A DNA stretch of 63,841 nt, the filler included, from Octopus bimaculoides (taxonomy: Eukaryota): the NCBI RefSeq assembly GCF_001194135.2. It is 10 parts of 10 records of this genome, joined end to end, with 100 filler letters (N's around TTAATTAATTAA, not from the genome) between each part and the next. Parts side by side here need not be neighbours in the genome. Positions count along the whole stretch, not along the records: positions 30,221 to 42,595 come from NC_069000.1; positions 42,696 to 44,809 come from NW_026391934.1; positions 44,910 to 47,827 come from NC_068981.1; positions 47,928 to 51,136 come from NW_026313570.1; 6 more parts are not named here. The stretch is one strand, 5' to 3'. The notes below the pieces were generated by a model, which worked only from the letters and a program-made list of their open reading frames with translations, searched no databases and was not told where the DNA came from. Below are positions 38,001 through 50,315 of the stretch, in pieces; position 1 is the stretch's first letter; each line of letters opens with the position of its first letter. Both the position numbers and the translations under genes were made by a program.

Positions 38001-38095
38001 GATACCTCGCAGTACGAGTTTAATTCGTTCTACGACTGAGCTCGTTTTACGAGTTACTCGCTCTCATACATATTCGTCGCGAAAAAAAAAGAATT
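38001..38095 (+). mobile_element. Left-end-like Tigger segment fused directly to the right TIR
   Basis: gatacctcgcagtacgagtttaattcgtt is a 27/29 match to the reverse complement of 37966-37994. Confidence 0.7.
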
Positions 38096-38097
38096 CC

Positions 38098-38171
38098 ATT
38101 CAAGGGAAGTAACTCTAATAAAATTTGATTCAAGGGAAAGTACTCCAATAAAAAAAATTCGATTCAAGGGA
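38098..38171. repeat. Short tandem repeat, 30-34 bp, 3 units
   Basis: attcaaggga at 38098, 38128 and 38162. Confidence 0.85.
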
Positions 38172-38419
38172 GATAAGTGTGGATTTTTTTTCGAATTTTA
38201 TTTCTGTAATAAGTAGAAATGATCTAATTATAAATCTCAGAGAGAATTAAGCAGCAGTGTTACGATAAAGCAGTTGTATACTATCAACTCAATGTGACAG
38301 TCCCAATAAGGGAATCATACTGCTGCTATTTAGCCCTAGGAAGCTGGACCGCTTCCTGTTGGCCTTGAAACCTTTCCTGTGTCCTTATATGTGCGAGGGG
38401 GAGACAAGCACCCCCACCC

Positions 38420-38490
38420 AGCTCGGTGTGCATTCAGGGACATGTTTCTGAGTCATTGCTCGTCATCAGCCTGAAGTAGCAACACCAGCT
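38420..38490 (-). ncRNA. Type I hammerhead ribozyme motif (one mismatch at the base of helix II)
   Basis: Minus strand reads agctggtgttgctacttcagg CTGATGA cgagcaatgactca GAAA catgtc cctgaatgcacaccgagct. Both core boxes are intact and the GUC site is at 38441-38439. Helix I pairs ttcagg/cctgaa, gc/gc, ggtgt/acacc and agct/agct. Helix II is gag/ctc. Helix III is the palindrome ACATGT. Confidence 0.8.
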
Positions 38491-38744
38491 GGCTGATAAA
38501 TTTTTATTATGATCACTATAGATCGAATACAAAGATGGGTACAATACAGGACAAACAAATAAACACTGAAGATGCTTTTCAAACCCTCGCAAATATATAT
38601 ATTTTTAGTGAAAACACATTCACTGATTACAAAAATTAGAAATGATCTCATTTCTGTAATAGTTTGCAATAAATGTAGAATGTATCTGCACCGTGAAAAA
38701 TTGAACAGGTAACACTACAGGCCGTGTTCCTCAAAACTAATTGT

Positions 38745-39230
38745 TCTAAGCATAGCTTTTGCGACTTCGTGGTTTCGTGTTCAGCCCCGTTGGGTAATAC
38801 CTTGGACAAGTCTCTTCTGTCATAGCCTTTGGTCCAATAATGCCTTGTGAGTGAATTTGATAGATGGCAATTGTGTGGAAATCCATTGCATGCTTGTACA
38901 CACATACGCATACACATACACACACGCACACAGATGCACACACACTCACACACACTCGCACGCACACACACACAATTACATACACGCATGAGTGTATTAC
39001 GTGTATGTGTGAGTATATATGCGCGCACGTGTCCTTGGTGCTTGTTCTGATTTACCACCATCGCTTGTCAACCGGTGTTGGTTTGTTTACGTCCACTTAA
39101 TTTAGCGGTTTGGTAATAGACATAACAGAGACTCATAAAATAAATACCAAACTTCAATAAAATTCTTTACAGGCGTCGATGTGCGTTCCAGTATGGCCCC
39201 AGTCAAAGGACTAAACCAAGTTAAAGATAC
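38745..39230 (+). mobile_element. Composite SINE-F/D with an internal microsatellite
   Basis: tRNA-like head and CORE-like ccttggacaagtctcttc, then a (CA)n/(TG)n tract, then the ttgtcaaccggtgttgg...ccagtatggcc tail. Confidence 0.75.
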
Positions 39231-41759
39231 AAAGAGGACTTGTATAAATTCAAAGTTGTACAGGGGAAAATATCAGAAGGAACGATAGATAGACAGTATA
39301 AAGACGGTGGTGGAATTTGGTGGGAGAGACCCAACTGAGGATATGAAACAGAAGTAACAAATGCACAGAATCTTCCCCTCGATAACCTTGTATTGTTCTT
39401 AAAACTAGAGTCTATATCGACAAAGTTGTGGCTACTACATAAAAGTTTTAAAGTAGCTATGTAGTACCTCTCACAAACTATAATGGTCCCTGTGATATAT
39501 ATATATATATANNNNNNNNNNNNNNNNNNNNNNNNNNNNNNNNNNNNNNNNNNNNNNNNNNNNNNNNNNNNNNNNNNNNNNNNNNNNNNNNNNNNNNNNN
39601 NNNNNNNNNNNNNNNNNNNNNNNNNNNNNNNNNNNNNNNNNNNNNNNNNNNNNNNNNNNNNNNNNNNNNNNNNNNNNNNNNNNNNNNNNNNNNNNNNNNN
39701 NNNNNNNNNNNNNNNNNNNNNNNNNNNNNNNNNNNNNNNNNNNNNNNNNNNNNNNNNNNNNNNNNNNNNNNNNNNNNNNNNNNNNNNNNNNNNNNNNNNN
39801 NNNNNNNNNNNNNNNNNNNNNNNNNNNNNNNNNNNNNNNNNNNNNNNNNNNNNNNNNNNNNNNNNNNNNNNNNNNNNNNNNNNNNNNNNNNNNNNNNNNN
39901 NNNNNNNNNNNNNNNNNNNNNNNNNNNNNNNNNNNNNNNNNNNNNNNNNNNNNNNNNNNNNNNNNNNNNNNNNNNNNGTGTGTGTGTGTGTGTGTGTGCA
40001 AAAGGAATTGTAAAAGATTTCAGTTATAATGAGAAGCTACATCACAAGCACGTACTTACTCTCATATTTTGAGCATAATAATTACTTTACTGGAGATTTT
40101 ATTGCTATTTTCAGTAGGTCGACTCATGATGATATAATGTGCGTCTACAAATATTTGCATATGTAAAATAATGAATCTGTATGAAGGAGGTAGAAATACT
40201 GATGCATGATGCTGAATGATGATGTTTTTTAGTGTATTCACACGTACTGTATGAGACAACAGTGTACCATATTACTCATTAACTACCTTGTATCAATTCT
40301 GAACAGGTTGGAGCTGACATCTTTTAACACAGACATCAAAATCTTTTGAAAGAAATGAAAACCTCTCAAGAATTATTGATTCTCAATGCCACACTGATCA
40401 TATGTCACAAAGATCTCCTGACTTGTATTTCCATAGACTTTGGCAATTAAAGCGGATAACCTCAAATCCCCCCCCCCCNNNNNNNNNNNNNNNNNNNNNN
40501 NNNNNNNNNNNNNNNNNNNNNNNNNNNNNNNNNNNNNNNNNNNNNNNNNNNNNNNNNNNNNNNNNNNNNNNNNNNNNNNNNNNNNNNNNNNNNNNNNNNN
40601 NNNNNNNNNNNNNNNNNNNNNNNNNNNNNNNNNNNNNNNNNNNNNNNNNNNNNNNNNNNNNNNNNNNNNNNNNNNNNNNNNNNNNNNNNNNNNNNNNNNN
40701 NNNNNNNNNNNNNNNNNNNNNNNNNNNNNNNNNNNNNNNNNNNNNNNNNNNNNNNNNNNNNNNNNNNNNNNNNNNNNNNNNNNNNNNNNNNNNNNNNNNN
40801 NNNNNNNNNNNNNNNNNNNNNNNNNNNNNNNNNNNNNNNNNNNNNNNNNNNNNNNNNNNNNNNNNNNNNNNNNNNNNNNNNNNNNNNNNNNNNNNNNNNN
40901 NNNNNNNNNNNNNNNNNNNNNNNNNNNNNNNNNNNNNNNNNNNNNNNNNNNNNNNNNNNNNNNNNNNNNNNNNNNNNNNNNNNNNNNNNNNNNNNNNNNN
41001 NNNNNNNNNNNNNNNNNNNNNNNNNNNNNNNNNNNNNNNNNNNNNNNNNNNNNNNNNNNNNNNNNNNNNNNNNNNNNNNNNNNNNNNNNNNNNNNNNNNN
41101 NNNNNNNNNNNNNNNNNNNNNNNNNNNNNNNNNNNNNNNNNNNNNNNNNNNNNNNNNNNNNNNNNNNNNNNNNNNNNNNNNNNNNNNNNNNNNNNNNNNN
41201 NNNNNNNNNNNNNNNNNNNNNNNNNNNNNNGTAGAAGACATTTGCCCAAGATGTCACGCATTTATAATATAAATTATTTACATCTATTTAAGTTACGAAA
41301 CAATTTGTCGTGATATTAGAATGCTGTTTCTATTGTTAAATAAAATTTCATCAAACTATTTCTGTCATTTATTAATTTATACACTCCTTGTCGTTTTCTC
41401 TTGAATCGTACTATTTATTCTGTTTTGTAGAATGATATATCAAGGGGCTTTTTTTGGACTAGTATCGGATTACCTGAAATCCATATATTGTGACATACAT
41501 GTGTGTGTGTGTGTGTGTGTGTATACTTCGAAGGAATAATTTCCAAGTATTTTGTTCAATCCAAGATTGTTAACTCTACTTAAACAGTTATTATTTAGTG
41601 TCAAATATATTTTGTCTTTGAAGTCATTAATCTTTTGAATTGCTGTATACAAAGCCAAAGGAAGAAACATGGAAAGAATGAAGGTTGAGTTTGTGAAATG
41701 CAACCAAAAGCCAGTTTAACTGACCAAGTTACGTGTAACTAACCATATCGGTTGACCTG

Positions 41760-42200
41760 TGTAGAAAAAAAGCAAATGTTTATAAGCCAGGAGTGGTCAT
41801 ATAGTAACCAGGACCCTCGCTACAAATCTAAATGTCACAATTGATGCAGAACGTGAGTGTAATATTATCAAATACCAAGTATAAAAGTATAACTGACCAG
41901 ATGTAAGCACTTAATGAGAACGCCTGAACAATATGAAGAAAATAAGAGTGTTAATGACCCTGGAATGTATAGAATGCATAAACACCAACCAGGAACCTCG
42001 CCACAAGCTTTAAGTGCCATGGAATCGTGTCGAATATTACTAAGTATAACATTACGAAATATCAAGTTAATTAATGAAATGTAAGCACCCAACCAGAATG
42101 ATCGGCTAATATGGAGGAAACAAAATATCAAAGTCCTTACAATGTATAGATACCAAGAAACAACCTCGTCACAAGGTAAATACTATAGAACCGCGTCAGT
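41760..42200. repeat. Degenerate tandem repeat, about 170-180 bp period, 3 units
   Basis: cctcg anchor at 41815, 41996 and 42164. atgtaagcac at 41901 and 42079. Confidence 0.6.
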
Positions 42201-42325
42201 GATCAAGTTATTGTTGGTGTGACATAAATTCTGACAGCAAATAATAAACGTTCTTTGTGTGTTGTTGAATGGTTTGTATGTCTTGCATGCCGTTATTGTT
42301 ACATATGTAGTTTGAAATCTATATA

Positions 42326-42589
42326 TGTTATGTTTCCCTCGGATGACTCGTAGAGATAACACAACGAGTTGTACAATTTAATTATTACATTTATTGTTCA
42401 ATTACATACAAAGAACGCACTCACCCAATGTTCGTTATGAATAAACAAAAGTCATGTCCGCCATATATATATCAATGACATTTTACCACGACAGTCCCAC
42501 AAGACAACAACAATGAAACAATGAACTCAGACGAACCACATGACACACGGAACGTCAGACGAATTACATATCTAACAGTCCATATAACA
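42326..42589 (-). mobile_element. Solo LTR, 264 bp
   Basis: TG...CA ends with tgttat/ataaca inverted termini. 5-bp TSD ATATA at 42321-42325 and 42590-42594. AATAAA on the minus strand. Confidence 0.65.
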
Positions 42590-42700
42590 ATATAANNNNN
42601 NNNNNNNNNNNNNNNNNNNNNNNNNNNNNNNNNNNNNNNTTAATTAATTAANNNNNNNNNNNNNNNNNNNNNNNNNNNNNNNNNNNNNNNNNNNNTATAT

Positions 42701-42930
42701 ACTAGCTGGGCCCGTGAAAACTACGCGGAAAATATAAAAAAATGTAAGCATCTGTAAATTGTGAGCTGGTTCCATGAGAAATGTTTCTATTTTGTGGCAC
42801 AGAATATAGAAAGAAGTGTAAAACCGATAACTATCTAATCCAATCAAAATATCTCAGTTACGCAAACGTAAACATAATTACTATTTAGCCCTTAAAATAC
42901 ATCGGACATATTCAAAGAACTTTCTTGGTT
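42701..42930 (-). mobile_element. Helitron 3' end
   Basis: Minus strand ends ccgcgtagttttcacgggcccagCTAG|t, i.e. a GC hairpin plus CTAG before T. The extent to the right is uncertain. Confidence 0.5.
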
Positions 42931-45900
42931 TAGGGGTATGGAACGTTCTTCTGGTATTCTTTTATTCTCTTACTTGTTTCAGTCATTTGCCGGAGGCACT
43001 GCCCTTTAAGTACAGAGGATGGGAGAAAGAAGAGAAAACTAACAGTCAATTGTTCTAGAACTCCCAGAATGAAAACGTAGACACCTGGAAGACTTTTCCT
43101 CTACTCATTACTAAATGTCTTTCCCTCTTATTCATTGTTAAAAGTAAAGAAGCTAGAAAAGATCGATAGTATTTTAGTCTTATTGCCATTTTAAATGGCT
43201 GAGGCTTTCCTTTCTATGTCCCTATCGCTTCACTCCTTTTCTCTACGATTAAGAGAGTGAAGGCGGTTAGGGGTATTCAGCCCACGATTGTAAAGTCATC
43301 AGTACGATTCCCTGCAGCGCGTTGTGTTCTTGAGCAAGGTATTCTACTTCACCTTGCTACAGTGCACTCAGCTGGCCAAAATGAGTTGTAGCTGTAATTC
43401 AAAAGAGTCAGTCTTGTCACATTCTGTGTGCGGTTGAATCTCCCCGAGAACTACGTTATGGTATGTATGTCTGTGGAGTACTCAGCCACTTGCGCGTTAA
43501 TTTTACGAGCAGACTGTTCTGTTGATCAGATAAACAGGATCCTTGTCGTCGTAAGCGACTATGTGCCATCTTTTAAAACAAGTGAAAGAAAAGGAAATGT
43601 TTCATATCGTAAGGCAAAAATGTCATGTGTTTAGTATAAATAGTGGAAGCTAAGACGAGATAATTGCTATTCCATTGTGTATTCGCCCTCGACTTACGCT
43701 CAGTTTGGTAGCAACAGCTTCCACATCGGTGTTTATCTAGGGGCTTGGGCTCCAGATCTGTAAGACCCATAAACGCCGCTGTTAGGAGCGGATTAACACC
43801 CATAGTGACCCTAACGATTAAAAAGATTTTCCGTCCCTATATAGGATCATTTTTCGTTTTCTTCCAATCACTTGAATATTTATCTTGCTCCAGTCCACTG
43901 CGCTGGCCAAATTGAGTTGTGGCTGTAATTGAAAGGGGCCAGTGAGAGGCAGACTCTCATTGAGAACTATGTTAATGGTATGCAAATCTGTGGAGTATTC
44001 AGCCACTTGTGAGCTAATTTTATCCTCGTGAGGTAATGAAAAGTGAAAGTGACATATTTGCTGTAGTTATTTGTCTTTGATTTTACAATTTGTCTGTATC
44101 TATGTATCAATTCTTCTTTCGATCTATGCATCTACGGTCTCTCTCACTTCCTCTGTGTCCCTCCTCTCTCGCACTTTTAATTTAACAATGTGTGTATGTA
44201 TCTATGTATCTACTTTTCTTTCGATCTATGCATCATTCTACTCTGGAAATACTGATAAACATTTTACCTCTCCTTTCAACTGTCGAAAAGTAATAGTAAC
44301 ATCCACAGCAATTTACTGAGAAAGAGAGAGACAGACAGAGGAAGAGAGAGAGTGTGTGTTAGAGAGAGACAGATAGACAGACAGACAAATAGATAGATAG
44401 ATAGGCAACATTCTCTTTCACTATCATTCTCTATCTATCCCCTTCCTTCACTCAATTTATCTCTGTAAATCTCTTTCTTCCCCTCCCTCCCCTCTCCCTC
44501 CTCTATCTTATATTTCTCTTACTTCTCAGCGCTATCAATCTCTCCCTCTTTCTCTCACTCCACTTACTTCTTCTTCTTTGCCGCTTTGCCGATTTGCCAC
44601 TTTGCCACTCACTCCAACTATACTTCCTCTGCTTGCGTCCCTCCCATCTCTCCCGCTTTGTCATTCACTCCACTTAACATCTTTTATTTCTCTTTTTCTT
44701 TGTGCCTCTCCCTTCAACCTTTTTAGCTCTTCCTTTGAAATGTGACACACACCACAGATATGTACGTACAAAAACAAAAATTAACTAAATGTATTAAAAT
44801 TATTGATATNNNNNNNNNNNNNNNNNNNNNNNNNNNNNNNNNNNNNNNNNNNNTTAATTAATTAANNNNNNNNNNNNNNNNNNNNNNNNNNNNNNNNNNN
44901 NNNNNNNNNAAGCATAAGTTTCGAAGTGCTATATGAAAATGCTTAAGACAAACAGTTAACCAGAACTTACAAAAAAAAAAGGAAACGATGAGCATTATGA
45001 AAAACTATTATACTTACTAGATAATCAGTTCATATCGTAAAATTTCGTATACGCGCAGACACACGCACACATACACACACACACACATACACACTACTGA
45101 ATTCGGTTTGCAGGTACGTATGGCCATATATATTAACGTAGTGGAATTTCGTAAACGACAACTGTACAGAAACCATCGTGATTGAGGAGTGGCTGCACAC
45201 CGTGGAAACACCAAGTTGACAAGCCACTGGACCGTCGTAAATATTTTTCACTCTTCGTTTGTACGTGATGGCTCTTTAGATTGTTACTTAAGTGGATAGA
45301 TAGATAGAATTTTTTCTGACATTCTCTTTCTCTTTCTCTCGCGCTTCCTCCCTCACTCTATCACTATTATGTTCCTCCTTCATCTCGTTTTCTTTTTGGA
45401 AAAGGACGAACATCCAAAACGTCAAGACATCCCAATATCTTTCAAGTGTTAAAGTAATACAGTACCATCGCACGTTGCCCTAAAAAGTATCATAAGCAAT
45501 CACTGCCACTCATCCTCTGACTAAACCTCTATAACAAAAGATGGAGTCCGATTTAAAGATGTCACTAATACAATGCTGCTTCTAATGTTTCATAAAATTT
45601 CACTGTCATTATAAATTGAATTATTGATTTGCCTGTTGGTATTTTTTTTATCAAATAAACTAACTTTTAGTTTTGATATTTCTCTTGCAATCTTGAATAA
45701 ATTATCTTTATTGTTTTGGGCGTAATTTCAACTTTTCTGTTTTCCTCCTCCATATAATCTAATTACACAAACAAGTTTTTGTGAAATATATCATATGAAC
45801 TGTAGACTTAATTTATCACTCAGATTAACACCTTTTAAACGAACTAAATGTGGGATCGTTCCGTGTTTTCGAAACAGATCGTCATTTAATAATTCCAATA

Positions 45901-45974
45901 AAAGCATTCGTTCCTGAGCTTAGAAATTAAAGTAGATGCAACTCCAGGTCGACTCAACCAACGGAACCTATATT

Positions 45975-46190
45975 CTTTTCTACTCTAAGCACAAGGCCCG
46001 AAATTTCTGAGGAGGCGGCCGCCAGTCGATTAGATTGACCCCAGTATGCAACTAGTACTTAATTTATTGACTCCGAAAGGATGAAAGACAAAGTCGACCT
46101 CGGTGGAATTTGAACTCAGAACATAAAGACAGACAAAATACCGCTAAGCATTTCGCCCGGCGTGCTAACGTTTCTGTCAGCTCGCCACCT
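45975..46190 (-). mobile_element. SINE-A copy
   Basis: Reverse-complement match, near full length. Confidence 0.88.
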
Positions 46191-46740
46191 TACGGAACCT
46201 ATATTCTTACCGTCCAAGTCTATTCAACGGGCAGATTGCTAGAGTTTGGCGAGAGAGGTCTTTGGAGGCTGGCGAGAAAGATTGTCAGAGGTTGGTGAGA
46301 GCGGTTGTCGGAGGTTGGCGAGAGGCAAAGACATTATTCTGCTTAGCGAAGGCATCTGGGAAATGTATAACTGCTGTCATTCACAGAAAATCTATTGTTT
46401 TACTGTAGAAAAAGCGAGGTTGAAGTGTTAAGTGAAATTTGGCAATCAAGGATCGAATCCACACTATGCCTGCATGAAGCCACTACAAATACGTTGTAGA
46501 ATAAAAAAAAATTACCTACTGTCATGGAAAAAGTATAATTGTAAAAATGCAGAATTATCAGAGTAATGGGCAGTCAAAGAAGTATGTATGTATAGAAATG
46601 TATGAATGAAGTCTTTAAGGTTTAAGATTGAAATTAAAGAAGTGCAATAATAATGTTTAGCATCTCAAAACTGTGAGTAATGAAATGCAGAATTAGTTCG
46701 ACTGATCATGACAATCAAATATTCATCACTTCGCTAAAAT

Positions 46741-47175
46741 CTGCAGGTGGTATGGGTTATTTCCCTTGGGTTGTTTAAATAAAATATTAGTGATAGTCGA
46801 TAGAAAGATCCATTGGAAGGACCATATGATCGATTCTTTTTCAACAATCTAAGTATGTCACGAGGTTTTCAGACATGAGTTCTACTCACGTGTCAAATAA
46901 AGTATAAAAGTGATATTGTCTGCAAAAGTTAGAAATAGGACACAGAAAAAAATCAATATTCAAGGTACTCGAACACAAACAATAAAATGGGTTATTTCCC
47001 TTGAATGTTTTAAAAAATATTTTACAGGTGCTGTGGGTTATTACCCTTGGGCGTTTAAAAAAATTAGTTATATGAGGTAGATATAAAGGTCCCTTCTAGG
47101 GGCTGTATTATCAATTTTTCAACAATCTAAATATGTCACAAGGTTTCCAGACATGAGTTCTACTCATGAGTCAAG
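46741..47175. repeat. Diverged tandem duplication, about 280 bp period
   Basis: gggttatt(t/a)cccttgg ... ttttcaacaatctaa(g/a)tatgtcac(g/a)aggttt(t/c)cagacatgagttctactca occurs twice, with a third partial head at 46988. Confidence 0.8.
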
Positions 47176-47761
47176 GTTCATCAAAATCAATAGAACGATG
47201 TAGGAGGAGTTAGCTAACAACGCCACAAACAAACACACACTGATTTTCCACATATGTAGTAGGTATGGGTGGGAGTGGGGTGGGTTTCTGTGTGCAAATA
47301 TGCTGTTTGGTTCTTTGAGTTAATATAAAATCGGTTTCACATTTCAGCACAAAGCCAGTAATTTTAGGGGAGGGGTTAAGTCGATTATATCGACCCAAGT
47401 ACTCGACTGGTACTTATTTAGCATCTTTGCCCGGCGTACTTGCTAACCATTCTGCCAGCATTCTTGCCTTAGTGTTAATGTAGTATCATTGGTGATAAGA
47501 AATCTAACGAGATAAAGAGAGAGGAAGGAAGGAAGAGAGAGAGAAATGGGGAGGGAAGGGAAGGAAGGAAGGAAAGGAAGTGGGGGTCAAAGTCTATAAA
47601 ACAGAGTTCGGCGTTTGCAAAATAGCTGAGGCTTACGTCTGACGTAGAAGCTGGCAGCTTAGACTAAGAAAAAACACATTACAAAACAACAGTGTAATTC
47701 TGTTAAAGATGATCATGCGTGTTCATAAGTATGTTTGTATGTATGTGTGTATATATGCGTC

Positions 47762-47795
<34 letters not shown>

Positions 47796-47936
47796 CGGAT
47801 TTACATATGTATAATAGCAACATATGCNNNNNNNNNNNNNNNNNNNNNNNNNNNNNNNNNNNNNNNNNNNNTTAATTAATTAANNNNNNNNNNNNNNNNN
47901 NNNNNNNNNNNNNNNNNNNNNNNNNNNATAATATAT

Positions 47937-47978
<42 letters not shown>

Positions 47979-48774
47979 CATATACATGTTTTTGTATGTG
48001 TATGTGAGTGTATGTCTGTTCAAGCACCTTATAAATGTGTGTAGGTGTGTGTTTCTCTATTCTTATATACATATATTCACATATACACAGACATAATAAA
48101 TAAATAAGAAGCCAAAACAAAATTTAGTTACGAAGTTTCGGAAAGAAAATCGGTGTTTGTTTCTTTAAGATCTGTGTACTGCCCTCTACTGGCAAAATAT
48201 ATCAAAGAGTGATACCTCTGATCTTCTGGCCATTGAGTTCACTGGGAGATATAGAAAGAAAAACAGCTAGCTACAACAAAAACGCCAACAACAATAACGA
48301 TATTTGTTTTTGTGTTCTTATCTACATTCACCTCTCTCTCATTCTTACGCGCTCTCTGTTTATTTCTGTTACTCCCACACAAGCTGTGTATATCCAGATT
48401 ATTTTTATCCCTCTTCCCATCTTACCTTGATCTTTCTTTTTTTCTTTCTTTCTTTCTTTCTTCTGTATTCTGTTACTAACCCACTCTAGCGTCTCCATCT
48501 TAAACTCGTACGAACTTAATATGGTTTGTTTCGTATGTGTATGCATGCATTTTTTTATGTATGTATGTATGTATGTATGTATGTATGTATGTATGTATGT
48601 ATGTATGTATGTATGCATGTATGTATGTATACGAACATACATATATAGAGACTGATTGATAGATAAATAGGTAGATGAATAGATAAACAGATAGGTAGAT
48701 AGGTAGATAGATAGACAGATAGGTAGATTGCTAGGTGGGTAGATAGATAGATAGATAAACTAAAGCATTACGTC

Positions 48775-49279
48775 AGTGATATTATGCATCAAGAATTCGG
48801 CCCCAGGGCCAAACTGTCAATCGTTAGTTCTGTTGCGACATTTTGAAGTGTTTGAGGAAGGAGATTCGGCGGAAGCGATTGGATCTGTTGAGCGCAAAGA
48901 ATTGGATTCTTTACGACGATAGTACACCCCGTCACCGAGCTCTCCTCACTCGTGAGTTTCTCACCCAAATCAACAACATGGTATCGTTTCTGCACCACTA
49001 TTCGCTACACTTCTATTTCTCCCCCAATATGAAAATGCAGCTCAAAGGTCGCCGCTTTAACACCGTTGTCGAGATCCAGAGTGAATCGTAGGTCTTCGAG
49101 GACTCGCTTACGGAACACGAATTCCAGGTCGGACTACAAAAGTGGCAGGAACACTAGGACCGGTGTATTGCTGCACAAGGTCACTATTTCGAAGGAGATG
49201 TTGTTAAAATATAGGTAAATAAGTTGTTTTTTTTTTATTAAGCGTAACTAGTCTGGGGCCTTTTTCATACCACCTCGTA
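48775..49279 (+). mobile_element. Mariner (DD34D-type) transposon 3' half with right TIR
   Basis: HQEF.PQGQTVN, LRKEIRRKR, WILYDDSTPRH, KMQLKGRRF and CIAAQGHYFEGD. Ends ...tttttcataccacctcg followed by TA. Confidence 0.88.
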
Positions 49280-50042
49280 TTTTCACGTCTTGCACTCTAT
49301 GTTCCAGCTCATTGCATTCTGATCTCCTGTATTGTAGTAGACTTAATCAGTCGTCTGCTTTAATACAAAGTCTGTTCCTTGTTTGCTTTTAAAACGGGTC
49401 ACACTGTTTGCAAGAATTCATACCGGATCTCCGTTTTAGAAGAAAACTTACTATCTTAATACCAATGATCTCAAAGGCCCTAAAAATAAAGGGTTATAGG
49501 CGTTGTTCTTCTCTGACTAAATTGTAATGAAAAAATAATCCATCTAGCTGAGAGTTTCTCTCACATTTCTTCTCAGCCTTTCTTTCCAACTAACTCTGCT
49601 AGTTTTAGTACACATTATGAACTACTTCCTACTCTTGACATCCACTTTCTTATTGTTACTAATCTCATTTAAGTTTCATTGAAATTAAACAGAGCACCAT
49701 ATCAAATATCATTGTTTGTTTCTTCTGCTCGGTCGTATATACTAAATTCCAGGTTGATTCATATAACGCCAAAGCTTGTATGCTATCACTTAATCTAAAA
49801 AAAAAAATCAGCAAAAATGAACCTGAAAATATACATCACGACCGTAAAGAGAACTTAGAGAATGGAAGAGAATATATCCATATATGCATCTTCTCATATG
49901 TATGATCTTGGGTGGCTTGTGATACACAAAAACCTCTCTCCAGTATGTGCAAAGGGGAAACATGTGAAGGAGTTAAAATGATAAATACAGAGTGCGTCTG
50001 GAGGCTAATATCGTAGAGCTAGTACATACATACATACATACA

Positions 50043-50075
<33 letters not shown>

Positions 50076-50306
50076 GAATCCAGGTAAAAATAAGTCACAG
50101 AAAAAAGTCACGGAAAAAAAGTCAGGAAAAAGTCACAGGGGGTTTGTCCGGAGGGTTTTTGTCCGAGGGGGCTTTGTCCTAGGGAGTTTTTGTCCGGTTC
50201 TTATAAGTTAATTGTGACTTTATTACTGGTTACCATAAATTAATTATGACTTTTTTAACCTAGCCAAAATTGTAACTTTATTACTGTGACTTTATTAACG
50301 GTCACC
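50076..50306. mobile_element. MITE with aaagtcac subterminal repeats and central ttttgtcc repeats
   Basis: The left arm has (aaaagtcac) repeats and the right arm the inverted (gtgacttt) repeats. The termini are imperfect inverted repeats. Confidence 0.6.
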
Positions 50307-50315
50307 TTATATATA

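Noticed and set aside
39334-39362. CTGAGGA-tat-GAAAC-agaa-GTA hammerhead-like spacing
   Set aside because: No helix I pairing and no helix II, so probably chance.
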